Assembly (NCBI GenBank): GCA_020047915.1
Contig: JAIFND010000020.1
Location: forward strand, 467 to 64,466
Length of the DNA: 64,000 bases
Source: a bacterium
GTDB taxonomy: Bacteria; Planctomycetota; UBA11346
Direction: 5' to 3'
Within the stretch, counting starts at the first letter, position 1. Every line of letters begins with the position of its first letter. Positions 20,026 through 27,746 of the stretch are shown piece by piece. A model generated the notes under the pieces. That model was not told the DNA's origin. It made no database searches and worked only from the letters and a program-made list of their open reading frames with translations. A program made the position numbers and the translations under genes.

Positions 20026-21669
20026 TCACTGGGCGAAGCTGGCCGCCGTGAACCCGTTACGCAAATCGTTGTCGAGCAGTTCGGCGCGCAGGCCGAGGAA
20101 GGCGCCGGGTTCGTCGCCGCCGAGATCATCGCCACCCGCGATCAGCGACCAGCGGTCGAGGAAGCGCCAGGACATGGTGGCACGCAGCATCACATCGCCG
20201 CTCTCGTAGCGCCGCTCGTTGGGCAGGCGGTCCTTGTCCTTCAACCGGGCCATCAGCCGCAGATCGAGGCTCCGGGTCAGGGCGAAATCGGTCTGCAGCC
20301 CGACCTTGGATTCGATGATGCCGCCCGCCAGGCTGAAGCGGTAGCGCTCGATGCTGTCGTCCGGCGCGAAGCGCCAACCGAACAGGGCGTTGATGTCGAT
20401 CGGGAACTTGTCCGGATCGTCAGGCTCAACCACGCGATCGCTGGGGGCGGTGCGGTAGCTGAGGCCGACGTGGTAGAACTTCCACGCCTGCGGTTCGATG
20501 CGCAGGTAGGCCTCGCCACGCCCGGCCCCGGTCTGCATGTTCCCGCCCGCTTCGAGGCCGGCGAAGAACTTCAATTGCGACACGCCCTGGGTGAACGGCT
20601 TGATCTCCTCCAGACGCTCCTGGGCGCTGGTCAGCACCGCCGTCGTCTGGTCATGGACGGTATCCTCCATGACCAGCTTGCCGAGGGTGCCCTTGCCGGC
20701 GGCGATCTGGGCGGTGACCTTCTCGAGATTGTCACCGATGCGGTCGAGCTTGGGCGCGAAGGCGGCGACACCCAGCATGGTGGTGCGCAGATCCTCGCGG
20801 TTCTCCGCCACCGCATCGCGGATCTGGCCGGCGGCAGCGGCGAGGTTGTCCACCGCCCCGGGCAGCTTGCCGGTGGCGGCAAGGATGTTGGCACGGTTCT
20901 CGGCGACCAGTTCCTTGATCTGCGCACTGGCCTGCTCCATGCGTTCCAGGGCGGCCTTGACGGTGGCACGGTTCTCGGCGACCAGATCGACGATCTCGCG
21001 GGTCAGGCGTTCGGCGTTGGCGATCGACGCCTTGACGGTGGCGCGGTTCTCGGCGACGAGATCGCCGATCTCCTTGGTCATGCGCTCGGCATTGACGACC
21101 GTGGCCTTGATGCCGGAGCGGTTCTCGGCCACCGTGTCGCCGATCTGCTTCGAGGCGGTCCCGAAACCATCGAGGGCCTTCTGCGCCGAGGCGATGGTGC
21201 CACGTACGCCCTCGCGGTTCTCGTCGAGGATGTCCTGCAGCGAACGGATCACCTCGTCGAAGGAGGCGGGATCGTTGGCCGGCACATCGGCGATGTTCTC
21301 GATCGTGATCGGAACGCCGCCGTCCGACATGATCTCCATGCTGGCGCCGCCAAGCAGGCCCTGGTTGATGCGAATCACGCTCTCTTTGCCGATGAGCACC
21401 GCCGGGCGGGCCTGCTTGTCCACCGAGAACGCGACCTGGATGCGCGGTTCTCCGTTCTCCAGCACTGGCAGGACCGAGGCGATCTTGCCCACGCGCACAC
21501 CGTTGTAGAGCACCGGATCGCCAGGCGCGAGACGCGCGACGCGGCGGAAATCCACCTTCAGCTCGCCGACGCCGTTGCTGCCCTTCGAAGTCTGGAAGGT
21601 GAACCACACCGACAGGCCGAGGCCGACGAAGAACAGCGCGCCCACCTTGAGTTCGGTCGAGATCGCCAT
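20026..21669 (-). CDS. mlaD: MCE/MlaD-domain protein with helical-repeat stalk and beta-rich C-terminal domain
   Basis: 547 aa. N-terminal TM LKVGALFFVGLGLSVWFTF. MCE-like domain to about aa 130. Then ~25-aa repeats containing VAENR. Then ~180 aa with an alternating beta-strand-like pattern. Confidence 0.85.
   Translation of the reverse strand: MAISTELKVGALFFVGLGLSVWFTFQTSKGSNGVGELKVDFRRVARLAPGDPVLYNGVRVGKIASVLPVLENGEPRIQVAFSVDKQARPAVLIGKESVIRINQGLLGGASMEIMSDGGVPITIENIADVPANDPASFDEVIRSLQDILDENREGVRGTIASAQKALDGFGTASKQIGDTVAENRSGIKATVVNAERMTKEIGDLVAENRATVKASIANAERLTREIVDLVAENRATVKAALERMEQASAQIKELVAENRANILAATGKLPGAVDNLAAAAGQIRDAVAENREDLRTTMLGVAAFAPKLDRIGDNLEKVTAQIAAGKGTLGKLVMEDTVHDQTTAVLTSAQERLEEIKPFTQGVSQLKFFAGLEAGGNMQTGAGRGEAYLRIEPQAWKFYHVGLSYRTAPSDRVVEPDDPDKFPIDINALFGWRFAPDDSIERYRFSLAGGIIESKVGLQTDFALTRSLDLRLMARLKDKDRLPNERRYESGDVMLRATMSWRFLDRWSLIAGGDDLGGDEPGAFLGLRAELLDNDLRNGFTAASFAQ
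20664..21234 (-). repeat. In-frame ~25-aa (75-nt) repeats inside the MCE gene
   Basis: IGDTVAENRSGIKATVVNAERMTKE / IGDLVAENRATVKASIANAERLTRE / IVDLVAENRATVKAALERMEQASAQ / IKELVAENRAN... / IRDAVAENREDL.... The DNA shows recurring ggttctcggcgac(c/g)ag. Confidence 0.8.
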
Positions 21670-22541
21670 TACGAGCCGTAGCCTTCCGTGAGCGGTCCGG
21701 TGGTGCTGCCGGTCAGCATCTGCTGCAGCACCGGGTGGGGATTGAGGCGGGTCTCGTCCTTGGTGCCGCAGGCGACGATGCGGCCTTTGTAGAGCAGGGC
21801 GATGCGATCGGCGATCATGAAGGCGGCGTTCATGTCATGGGTGATGACGATCGAGGTGACGCCGAGCCGCTTCTGCAGGTCGAGGGTCAGTTCGTTGACG
21901 CCGTTCACCGTCACCGGGTCGAGGCCGGTGGTCGGCTCGTCGTAGAGGATGATGCGCGGTCGCTGGATGATGGCGCGGGCGATGCCCACACGCTTGCGCA
22001 TGCCGCCCGACAGAGCCGCCGGCTTGAGATTGAGGATCTCCTCGGCCGGCAGATAGACGCGACGCAGGGACTCGACCACGCGTTCGCGTACCTGCTCGGG
22101 CGGCAGCCGGTCCACCTCGACCAGCGGCAGGCCGACGTTCTCGAGCACGGTCAGCGAGTTGAGCAGCGCGGCCATCTGGAAGACCACGCCCAGGTTGCGG
22201 CGATAAGACTCGATGTCCTCGTCGCTGGCCGAAGCCATGTCGAGATCGCGCCCGCCAGCAGCGACTCCCTTGATGGTGATGCGCCCATCCTCCGGTCGCA
22301 GCATGGCCATGAGGTGGCGCAGCAGGGTGGTCTTGCCTGATCCCGAACCGCCGAGGATGACCAGGGTCTCGCCCTGGTACACGTCAAGCGAGACGCCGCG
22401 CAGGATGTGGCGTGGACCGAAGTGGCGATTGAGGTCGCGGATGCGGATCAGCGGTTCGCGGCCCTCGGGCGGGGCGGCAGGCATCACCGGCAGCTCGAGT
22501 TCGGTCTGGCCCCAGCGCGGACGGGAGGTGGTGTCGCTCAT
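21669..22541 (-). CDS. mlaF: MlaF-type ABC ATPase
   Basis: 290 aa. Walker A GGSGSGKTT, signature LSGGMRKRVGIARA, Walker B ILYDEPTTGLD. Confidence 0.9.
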   Translation of the reverse strand: MSDTTSRPRWGQTELELPVMPAAPPEGREPLIRIRDLNRHFGPRHILRGVSLDVYQGETLVILGGSGSGKTTLLRHLMAMLRPEDGRITIKGVAAGGRDLDMASASDEDIESYRRNLGVVFQMAALLNSLTVLENVGLPLVEVDRLPPEQVRERVVESLRRVYLPAEEILNLKPAALSGGMRKRVGIARAIIQRPRIILYDEPTTGLDPVTVNGVNELTLDLQKRLGVTSIVITHDMNAAFMIADRIALLYKGRIVACGTKDETRLNPHPVLQQMLTGSTTGPLTEGYGS

Positions 22542-22545
22542 GGCA

Positions 22546-23397
22546 TCACCCGAAGATCGGCCGCATGACGGCCTGGATGAAGGCGTTGAGGATGAAGTCG
22601 GAGACCAGCACGAACACCACGCTCAACACCACGGTACTGGTGGTGGCGCGACCGACGCCCTCGGCGCCATCGGTGGTGTTCAGGCCGCGATCGCAGGCGA
22701 TCGTGCCGATGATGCAGGCGAAGACGCCGCTCTTGAACACCCCGTACCAGAAGTCCGGGCCGTTGAGCAGCAGGATCGCACTCTCCTTGAATTTGGCGAT
22801 GGTCACATCGAACATCGCCTCGGAGACCAGGGCTCCGCCCGCCAAGCCGACGAAGTCGGCGATGGCGGTCAGCAGCGGCATCGAGATGACCAGCGCCAGG
22901 ACGCGCGGTAGGACCAGATAGCGCACCGGATTGATCGACATCACGCGCAGTGCGTCGACCTCCTCGTTCACCACCATGGTGCCGATTTCAGCCGCCATCG
23001 CCGCGCCGACCCGTGCCAGGATGATGATGGCGCACCAGATCGGCCCCATCTCGCGCAAGAAGGTGGCGCCGATGATCGCCCCCAGGTTCTCCTGCAGGCC
23101 CATCTTCTGCAGTTCGAAGCCGGTCTGCATGGCCATGATCATGCCGGTGAGGCCGGCGATCAGGGCGAGCACGACGATCGAGCCGAAGCCGGCCATCTCG
23201 ACCTGGCGCATCAATTGTGGCAGAACGCTGCCGACATTGCGTACCTGGGCACAGGTATCGACAAACAGCAGCACACCGCGACCGGCGTGACGGGCCTGTT
23301 TCATCAGCACGCCGCCGGTGCGTTCGGCCGCCCGCCCGGCATGGCTGCGGGTGACGACCTCGGCGGCGGTGTCTTTGGTGCGGGATCGGGCGTTCAC
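22546..23397 (-). CDS. mlaE: MlaE-type ABC permease
   Basis: Polytopic membrane protein, MlaE-like (…LTGMIMAMQTGFELQKMG…). Start placed at the GTG that forms a GTGA overlap with the NUDIX stop. Met 23304 is an alternative start. Confidence 0.82.
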   Translation of the reverse strand: MNARSRTKDTAAEVVTRSHAGRAAERTGGVLMKQARHAGRGVLLFVDTCAQVRNVGSVLPQLMRQVEMAGFGSIVVLALIAGLTGMIMAMQTGFELQKMGLQENLGAIIGATFLREMGPIWCAIIILARVGAAMAAEIGTMVVNEEVDALRVMSINPVRYLVLPRVLALVISMPLLTAIADFVGLAGGALVSEAMFDVTIAKFKESAILLLNGPDFWYGVFKSGVFACIIGTIACDRGLNTTDGAEGVGRATTSTVVLSVVFVLVSDFILNAFIQAVMRPIFG

Positions 23398-23930
23398 GAC
23401 GATCCCTCCAGTTGAACCCCGAGCCACGCCAAGGCCAGCAGCGTCTTGCCGTCGCACAGCAGCCCCTGCGCGGCCAGGGCGGGCAGTTCGGCGAGCCGCA
23501 CGACCTCGGGACTGACCAGTTCCCCGTGGTCGCGCTGCCCGGCCTGCGGGTGCAGACCCTCGGCGCGATAGACGATCATCTCTTCGTCGGAGACGCCGAG
23601 TGCCTGGAAGAATCGACGCATCTCGACCAGCCGGTCGGCGCCATAGCCGGCCTCCTCGGCCAATTCACGGGCCGCAGTGCGCTCGGGGGCCTCGCCGGCG
23701 ACCCGGGTGCCGGCTGGCACTTCCAGGGTCCAGCGCCGGACCGGGTAGCGCCATTGACGCACCAGCAGCAGGCTGTCGGGGGTCGGCTGGGCGATCACCA
23801 CCACCGCGCCGGGGTGGTGGATGACCGGGCGGACGACCCGGCCATCCGGGGTATCCCACGCTTCTTCAAGCATGTCGAAGCGCGGGGATCGCCAGATCGG
23901 GCAGGCGGAGACCAGGGTCGGGTCAGGCAC
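23394..23930 (-). CDS. NUDIX hydrolase (ADP-ribose pyrophosphatase-like)
   Basis: Nudix box GTRVAGEAPERTAARELAEEAGY in the C-terminal part of ORF 23394..25412. GTG start at about 23930 gives ~178 aa; ATG 23873 is a shorter alternative. Confidence 0.78.
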   Translation of the reverse strand: MPDPTLVSACPIWRSPRFDMLEEAWDTPDGRVVRPVIHHPGAVVVIAQPTPDSLLLVRQWRYPVRRWTLEVPAGTRVAGEAPERTAARELAEEAGYGADRLVEMRRFFQALGVSDEEMIVYRAEGLHPQAGQRDHGELVSPEVVRLAELPALAAQGLLCDGKTLLALAWLGVQLEGSS

Positions 23931-23991
23931 GGGGCGGGTTGTAGCGGCCCAGGCAGGGGGGTGCAACGCTTGGGCGGCGGGCGGGGGCAAT

Positions 23992-24151
23992 GCATACGCA
24001 GATCGAAAGGCGGAAATAGGAAGGCGGAAGGCGGAAGAGATGCTTGGTGCGAGCGACCGGCGTCTGTCCGGTTCACGGCCCATGCTGCGCACGGCCGTTG
24101 GCGACGATTGCGCAACCTGGCAATTCTTCAGCCTTCCGCCTTGGCGTATGC
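23992..24151. repeat. Long-range inverted repeat with tandem GGCGGAA units in the nudix/pheT divergent intergenic region
   Basis: gcatacgc (23992-23999) pairs with gcgtatgc (24144-24151). aaggcggaagg (24021-24031) pairs with ccttccgcctt (24032... read 24132-24142). The left arm carries three ggcggaa copies. Confidence 0.55.
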
Positions 24152-24200
24152 GTCCTGTCTGTTGATTCCCCTCGCTTTCAGCCGAAGGTTCCGCCCTCCT

Positions 24201-26591
24201 ATGCGTGTCAGCCTGTCCTGGATCCGTCGTCTCCTGCCACACGCTCCCGCGATCAGCGATCAGGACCTGTCCGATCGCCTGTCGGTGCATACCTGCGAGA
24301 TCGAAGCGGTGCACCGCACCGGCCCCAACCTCGACGGTGTGGTGGTCGGCAAGGTGCTGACCTGCGACAAGCACCCCGGTGCCGACCGCCTGCGTTGCAC
24401 CACGGTCGATGCCGGTGGGCCGAGTCCGCTCAAGATCGTGTGCGGGGCGCCGAATGTCGCGGTCGGCCAGACCGTCGCCGTCGCCACCGTCGGCACCACC
24501 CTGACCATGCCAGGCAAGGACGGCAAGCCGGCGACGATCACGATCAAGGAGGCCAAGCTGCGCGGCGAGCTGTCGCAGGGCATGATCTGCGCCGAGGACG
24601 AACTCGGCCTGGGCGCCTCGCACGATGGCGTCATGATCCTGGCTGACGCGCTGGTTGCCGGCACGCCGCTGGCAGTCGCCCTCGGTGTCGGCGATGCCGT
24701 GCTGGAGGTGTCGAACACGGCGATCACCCATCGCGCCGACCTGTGGGGCCACCTCGGCTGGGCGCGCGAGGTAGCCGCGGTGCTGGAGACGGCCGCGCCG
24801 GCCGAACCCGACCTGGCATGGAACGACGCCCCGGCCGGCTGGTCGGCCCGCCGCGCCGATCCCGGCTGCTGGACCTACTGCGGCGCCGTGGTCGAGGGTG
24901 TGTCCAATGGCGAAAGTCCGCGCTGGATGCGCGACTTGCTTGAGGCGGCTGGTGTGCGGCCCCTCGGCCTGCTCATCGATGTCACCAACTTCGTGATGCT
25001 CGAACTCGGCGAACCGATGCACGCCTTCGACCTGCGCGCCTTCCGCGGCCGCGAGGTCCTGGTGCGCGCCGCGCGTCCGGGCGAGAAGCTGGCCACGCTC
25101 GACAACCGCGAGCATGAACTCGGCCCCGATGATGTGGTGATCGCCGATGGCGAGCATGCCCTGGCGGTAGCCGGCGTGATCGGCGGCGCCGCCTCGGCGG
25201 TCGCGGCTGATACGACGGCGATCCTGCTGGAGGCCGCCAGCTTCGTGCCCGAGCGCATCCGGCGCAGCCGGCTGCGCCATGGCTTCAGCACCGATAGCGC
25301 CGCGCGTTTCGAGAAGACCATCCAGCCCGAACTGTGTCCGGCCGCGATCAACCGTGCCGTGGCGCTGCTCGCCGAGCTGTGCCCCGGTTGCCGCGTCACC
25401 GCCCGCTTCCACGACGGTCTCCTGGCGGGCGAGGCGCGCAGCGTCGCCTTCGATCTCGGCCAGGCCGATGCGCTCACCGGCTTCCGCGATGGCCCGGCTG
25501 CGGCCCGCGCTCGTCTGTCACGCCTCGGTTTCCATGTCGCCGGCTCTGATGAGGCCTGCACCGTCGCCGTGCCGTGGTGGCGCCGGAAGGATGTCTCCGC
25601 CGCTGCGGATCTGGTCGAGGAAGCCGGCCGCCTCGCCGGCTGGTCGCGCCTCGCTCCCGAGGTGCCGCGCCTGCCCGCTGCCACCCCGCGCGCCAATCCG
25701 CTACGTAGTTCTGAACACCGCCTGCGCGATGCGCTGTCGGCGCAGGGCCTCGACGAGGTGTGCACCTACGTGTTCGCTTCGCCGGCCTGGTGCGACGCCC
25801 TGGCCGTGCCCGAAGAGCGCCGGCTGCGCCTGGAACACCCGCCGCAGCCCGAGTGGACCTACCTGCGGCCCAGCCTGCTGCCCGGCCTGCTGCGCGCAGT
25901 GGCCGAGAACCGCAAGCATATGCCCGCCCTCGCCTGCTACGAGATCGGCAAGTGCTACGGTCCCGGTCTGGGATCAGCCTGCGATGAGGTGCTGGTCGCC
26001 ACCGGCGTGGTCGCTGCCGCCGACGATGCCGCGCCCTTCTTTGCCGCGCGTGATGCCGCCCTCGCCGGTCTGGCCGGACTCGGCCACCAGGCCTCGTTCC
26101 GCCCCGCTGAACCCGGTGTCGATGGCGTCCTCGGCCGCACCGTCGAGCTGCTGGTTGCTGGCAAGCCGGTGGGCCTGGCCAGCGAGATCCCGCGTCGTCT
26201 GCGCGAAATGGCCGGCTGTCCCGAGCGCGTCGGCTGGTTCCGCCTCGACCTCGAACGCCTGCTGGCGGTGGCTGGCGAACCGGCTCCGGTCCGCTTGGTG
26301 ATGCCCAGCCGCTTCCAGAGCGTGGCCAACGACTTCACCTGGGAATGCGACGAGGCCCTGCCCTTCGCCAGCATCGCCGGGGCGGTCCGCCAGGCGGGCA
26401 GCACGCTGCTCACCGATCTCGTCCTGGTCGGCATCTACCGTGGCGCACCCTACGCCGCCGGCCGCAAGGCGGTGACCATCACCGCCACGCTGCAGAGCCA
26501 GGACAAGACCCTGGACGAGGCCGACATCGCCGGCGCCCGTGAGCGCATCCTCGCAGCGGTGGTGCGCACCGGCGCCGTCCTGCGCGGCTGA
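24201..26591 (+). CDS. pheT: Phenylalanine--tRNA ligase beta subunit
   Basis: 796 aa from the ATG at 24201 (MRVSLSWIRRLLP...). N-terminal tRNA-binding domain GKVLTCDKHPGADRLRCTTVDAG, followed by B3/4, B5 and C-terminal domain order. Confidence 0.9.
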   Translation: MRVSLSWIRRLLPHAPAISDQDLSDRLSVHTCEIEAVHRTGPNLDGVVVGKVLTCDKHPGADRLRCTTVDAGGPSPLKIVCGAPNVAVGQTVAVATVGTTLTMPGKDGKPATITIKEAKLRGELSQGMICAEDELGLGASHDGVMILADALVAGTPLAVALGVGDAVLEVSNTAITHRADLWGHLGWAREVAAVLETAAPAEPDLAWNDAPAGWSARRADPGCWTYCGAVVEGVSNGESPRWMRDLLEAAGVRPLGLLIDVTNFVMLELGEPMHAFDLRAFRGREVLVRAARPGEKLATLDNREHELGPDDVVIADGEHALAVAGVIGGAASAVAADTTAILLEAASFVPERIRRSRLRHGFSTDSAARFEKTIQPELCPAAINRAVALLAELCPGCRVTARFHDGLLAGEARSVAFDLGQADALTGFRDGPAAARARLSRLGFHVAGSDEACTVAVPWWRRKDVSAAADLVEEAGRLAGWSRLAPEVPRLPAATPRANPLRSSEHRLRDALSAQGLDEVCTYVFASPAWCDALAVPEERRLRLEHPPQPEWTYLRPSLLPGLLRAVAENRKHMPALACYEIGKCYGPGLGSACDEVLVATGVVAAADDAAPFFAARDAALAGLAGLGHQASFRPAEPGVDGVLGRTVELLVAGKPVGLASEIPRRLREMAGCPERVGWFRLDLERLLAVAGEPAPVRLVMPSRFQSVANDFTWECDEALPFASIAGAVRQAGSTLLTDLVLVGIYRGAPYAAGRKAVTITATLQSQDKTLDEADIAGARERILAAVVRTGAVLRG

Positions 26592-26594
26592 TCC

Positions 26595-27650
26595 TCAGCC
26601 GCGCAAGGCGCGTGGAGCCAGTCCGGTCAGCCGCCGCAGCGCCCGCGCCATGGTCCCGGGACTGGCATAGCCGGCCAGTTCGGCGGTATGCGCCACGCTG
26701 ACGCCTTCGGCCAGCAGCCGTCGGGCCGAGGCGGCGCGCACCAGTTGGATCTCGGCCAGCGGCGAGCGGCCCAGGGCGGCGCGGAAACGCCGTTCCAGGC
26801 GCGATCGGCTGACGCCCAGGCTGGCGGCAAGCTCACCGGCATTGCATCCCGGGGAACGGCGCAGCAGCACACAGGCCTGCGCCACCAGGGTGTCCTCGGG
26901 CAGGCGTTCCGCGGTGCTGCCGCGCACCACCACCGCTCCGGGCGGGATCGCCACCGGTGGCCCGGGGCGGCGCAGCTGCCGAACCGCGGCAGTAGCCACC
27001 GCCGCCCACGGCAGGCCGACGCTGCTGAGCGCCGGCCTGCAGCCATGGCAGGCCAGCACGTCGTCATCGATGCCGATGACCTGGATGGCTTCCGGGACCG
27101 GCAGGCCGGCGTCCATGCAGCGCTGCACCAGGCGGGCGCCGAAGATGTCATTGTAGGCCACCACCCCGACCGGCCCGGGCAGGCGCTGCAGCGGAGCCAG
27201 CGAGGCCTCGCTGTCGGGCAGGATGGTGACGCCGATCTGGTGGCGGGTGGCGATCTCGACCACGCCGGCATGGCGCTGCTGGGTGATCTCGCCTGCCGCA
27301 GCCCCCAGCCAGACCAGCGAACGGCAGCCGCCCGTGAGCAGTTGCCGGGCGGCCGCACGTCCCAGGCTGCGGTTGTCGAACAGGACGGCAGGCAGGCCCG
27401 GTGCCGTGCCGAACAGGGCCACCGCCGGCCGTCCGGCGACGGCGCGATGCATTTCCCCGGGTTGCGGACAGCAGATCACGGCGTCGGCGCAACCGAGCCG
27501 GCTGCGCAGCTCGCGCACGTCACTGCCCGCCCCGCGCACCAGGAACGGTTGCCAACCCGGCACGGCGGCGACCGCCCGCACCAGCGCCAGGGCGAGGTCG
27601 GGACCGGCCACGAAGTAGTTCTCGACCGCGATGCCGACCGTCCAGGACAT
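26595..27650 (-). CDS. XylR-type regulator (periplasmic-binding-protein-like sugar-binding domain + AraC HTH)
   Basis: 351 aa. The C-terminus ...LAASLGVSRSRLERRFRAALGRSPLAEIQLVRAASARRLL...AELAGYASPGTMARALRR is an AraC-type HTH. The N-terminal ~250 aa are LacI/PBP-like. Confidence 0.8.
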   Translation of the reverse strand: MSWTVGIAVENYFVAGPDLALALVRAVAAVPGWQPFLVRGAGSDVRELRSRLGCADAVICCPQPGEMHRAVAGRPAVALFGTAPGLPAVLFDNRSLGRAAARQLLTGGCRSLVWLGAAAGEITQQRHAGVVEIATRHQIGVTILPDSEASLAPLQRLPGPVGVVAYNDIFGARLVQRCMDAGLPVPEAIQVIGIDDDVLACHGCRPALSSVGLPWAAVATAAVRQLRRPGPPVAIPPGAVVVRGSTAERLPEDTLVAQACVLLRRSPGCNAGELAASLGVSRSRLERRFRAALGRSPLAEIQLVRAASARRLLAEGVSVAHTAELAGYASPGTMARALRRLTGLAPRALRG

Positions 27651-27746
27651 GCCGTATGCTAGTCAAAAAGCGGCGCCGCAAAATGCCGGATCGCTGACGG
27701 GGCATGCCGCTTGTCGTCCCCGGGGGCTTGGCGCTACGATGGGTCC

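Noticed and set aside
23412-24200. 263-aa N-terminal extension of the pheT ORF.
   Set aside because: PheT homology begins at MRVSLSWIRRLLP (ATG 24201). The upstream part overlaps the NUDIX gene on the other strand and is Gly/Arg/Pro-rich.
23931-24200. T-box or other known riboswitch in the pheT leader.
   Set aside because: I could not find the conserved T-box sequence or specifier-loop features. Only the generic inverted repeat is reported.
23931-25412. N-terminal ~490 aa of the 672-aa minus-strand ORF that ends in the NUDIX domain.
   Set aside because: That part is antisense to pheT and compositionally junk. Only the last ~160-180 aa look like a NUDIX protein.
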